Notes under the pieces: model-generated
What the model was told of the DNA's origin: nothing
The model's database searches: none
Seen by the model: only the letters and a program-made list of their open reading frames with translations
Shown here: piece after piece, positions 62,085 through 64,000 of the stretch
Layout of the letters: each line of letters begins with the position of its first letter
How positions within the stretch are numbered: the first letter of the stretch is position 1
Made by a program: the position numbers and the translations under genes
Source of the DNA: Eledone cirrhosa
Lineage: Eukaryota
Assembly (NCBI GenBank): GCA_964016885.1
Contig: OZ024741.1
Location: 186,930,001-186,994,000, forward strand
Length of the DNA stretch: 64,000 bases
Direction: 5' to 3'

Positions 62085-62448
62085 TATGATATTAAATACA
62101 TGGAAACTATATTTATAAAACCATATTTATTTCGTTATATATATTTCAGGGATATCATATTAACAATATGTTATGCCATCTTCAGACAAAATACAATATA
62201 AACAGTCTTATAAATAAATAGATACGACATACCTTTCAATCACCTTGCATTTGTGAGGTTGACTGCCAAATCAACCTCACAAATGCAAGGTGATTGAAAG
62301 GTATGTCGTATCTATTTATTTATAAGACTGTTTATATTGTATTTTGTCTGAAGATGGCATAACATATTGTTAATATGATATCCCTGAAATATATATAACG
62401 AAATAAATATGGTTTTATAAATATAGTTTCCATGTATTTAATATCATA
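62085..62448. repeat. Palindrome with 178-bp arms and an 8-nt loop carrying mirrored hammerheads (62342-62403 +, 62130-62191 -)
   Basis: TTTTGT-CTGAAGA-T-GG...CC-T-GAAA-TATAT-ATA-ACGAAA; the arms appear exact. Confidence 0.9.
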
Positions 62449-62849
62449 TATTTATATATATATATATATATATATATGGTGGCTGCCAACTCGTTTTCGA
62501 GTATGGCCACTACTTTATATCCATGTAGGAGAACCCCTACCGATGTGCTGAACGAGTGTGACTTTTTAGTCCAGCCAGCGACTTGAAAACTCTGGTACAA
62601 ACACTACACTTGTGACAATTATTGACACATAGTGCTGGGCCCATGGTACCATGTGACGATAAGTTCAGAGAGATCTCCAAATATAAAGCAATGCCTGTGC
62701 CGTGAAGCTTTTATAGTGAGCAAAGGCACTGCACAAAGCCAGTCCCACTCTCTTAACCAAGATGATATTTACCAAAAAGAAGAACAAGTCAACATCATTG
62801 GATACCATCAGGATTGCAGGTGTTATATCAGAATTTTCCTTCTCCTAGA

Positions 62850-62882
<33 letters not shown>

Positions 62883-62892
62883 TAGATAGATC

Positions 62893-62959
<67 letters not shown>

Positions 62960-62990
62960 TTCAGATAGATAGATAGATAGATAGATAGAT

Positions 62991-63707
62991 ATATTTCTTT
63001 ATTAGCCACAGGGGCACAAAAGAAGGGGACAAATACAAAGGGGGAAGTTTACATACAATAAAAACGTGTAAAATGTTATCACAGATGGAATTTAAAAGTT
63101 AGTCGATTTTCCCCAATAGAGGGAGACAGTTTATATGGGTAACACATACCCCCGAAAAAATGTGCAACCCTCATCTCCAGGAGTACGAAGAGCTTGTACT
63201 CCTTTCCTCTCCTCCTCCTTTTCCTCAATCTACAGGCTGATATAGAGAGAAGGCCCATTCACTCGGGCCATTCTCGCCACTTTCACCCACCTTTCATAAA
63301 ACTTGCTGCGGTACAGCACCTCTCTCTCCATCCTGATTCTTCTTCCAAAGTGGTATTTGAAAAAAAGAATCAGTTGTTGGCCGGAGAGAAAGGTGTCTGA
63401 CCTCAGCCCTTTCAACCTTGTCCACCATACAACCTCTTTCGCCATAGCTATCACACAAAGGAAAACCGCCTCTCCTTCGTTTTTGAAGGAGGGTGGCGGT
63501 TTGATCATGACAATGGACTCGGTGGTCAACTGGATTGGTCCCACCCGCGACAATAGTCGTTCTACATAGCCCCACAGGTCAGTGACGCCCGGGCAGTGTA
63601 CGAATGCGTGCGCGACGGTTTCTTCGTCTCGCACGCACCTCGGACAGATCTTTTTTGCAGGGTCCCTGCCCGGGCGCCCATGTCTGTAGAGCTTGTCTCG
63701 AACTGGT
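62991..63707 (-). mobile_element. 5'-truncated Tx1-family copy with adjacent (TATC)n
   Basis: ORF 63230-63634 is closely similar to the C-terminus of 41860-42483. Confidence 0.93.
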
Positions 63708-63870
63708 ATAGATAAATATACACGGGTGTGTATGATTGTGTATAGAAGATTATATTAATAAAAGGAATTCCAACTTTGTCTGATTTACTCGTTTTATTTA
63801 AAATCCTTTAAAATTTATAATGGTATTATAATGAAATAGTATGGTAGAATATTAAATGTTAAGTGTTAAT

Positions 63871-63909
63871 TGAACAAGTACTTTCATGCTTTCGCAATCT
63901 TCAGGTTCA
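63871..63909 (-). ncRNA. Intact minimal type I hammerhead
   Basis: TGAAC-CTGAAGA-T-TGC-gaaa-GCA-T-GAAA-GTAC-TT-GTTCA. Confidence 0.88.
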
Positions 63910-63949
63910 TAATCTGTGGTGACAGTCAAGTTTGCAATTTTCAACTGTC

Positions 63950-64000
<51 letters not shown>

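Overview
Repeat-saturated, AT-rich animal non-coding DNA, most likely Octopus or another coleoid cephalopod (inferred from the tRNA-derived Nin/Deu-domain SINE family and the extreme (TA)n/(CA)n load). No confident host gene; two weak terminal-exon candidates. Most listed ORFs are microsatellite artefacts. Real content: a near-full-length, frameshifted Tx1/L1-clade LINE (41641-47470, minus) with two 3' fragments; many Penelope-like element (PLE) remnants (GIY-YIG and RT), often with inverted terminal duplications; R4/Dong, CRE and RTE LINE fragments; a decayed mariner; a hAT MITE; and about 20 SINE copies. The most notable signal is about 20 type I hammerhead ribozyme motifs, read by eye, in PLE termini and in short non-coding elements embedded in (TA)n. 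Several are intact. Several share non-canonical cores across unrelated families (CCGANGA = U4C; U3-A8; mismatched or extra base at the foot of helix II; long helix II). Fold-back palindromes are pervasive. Coordinates were read manually and may be off by a few bases.
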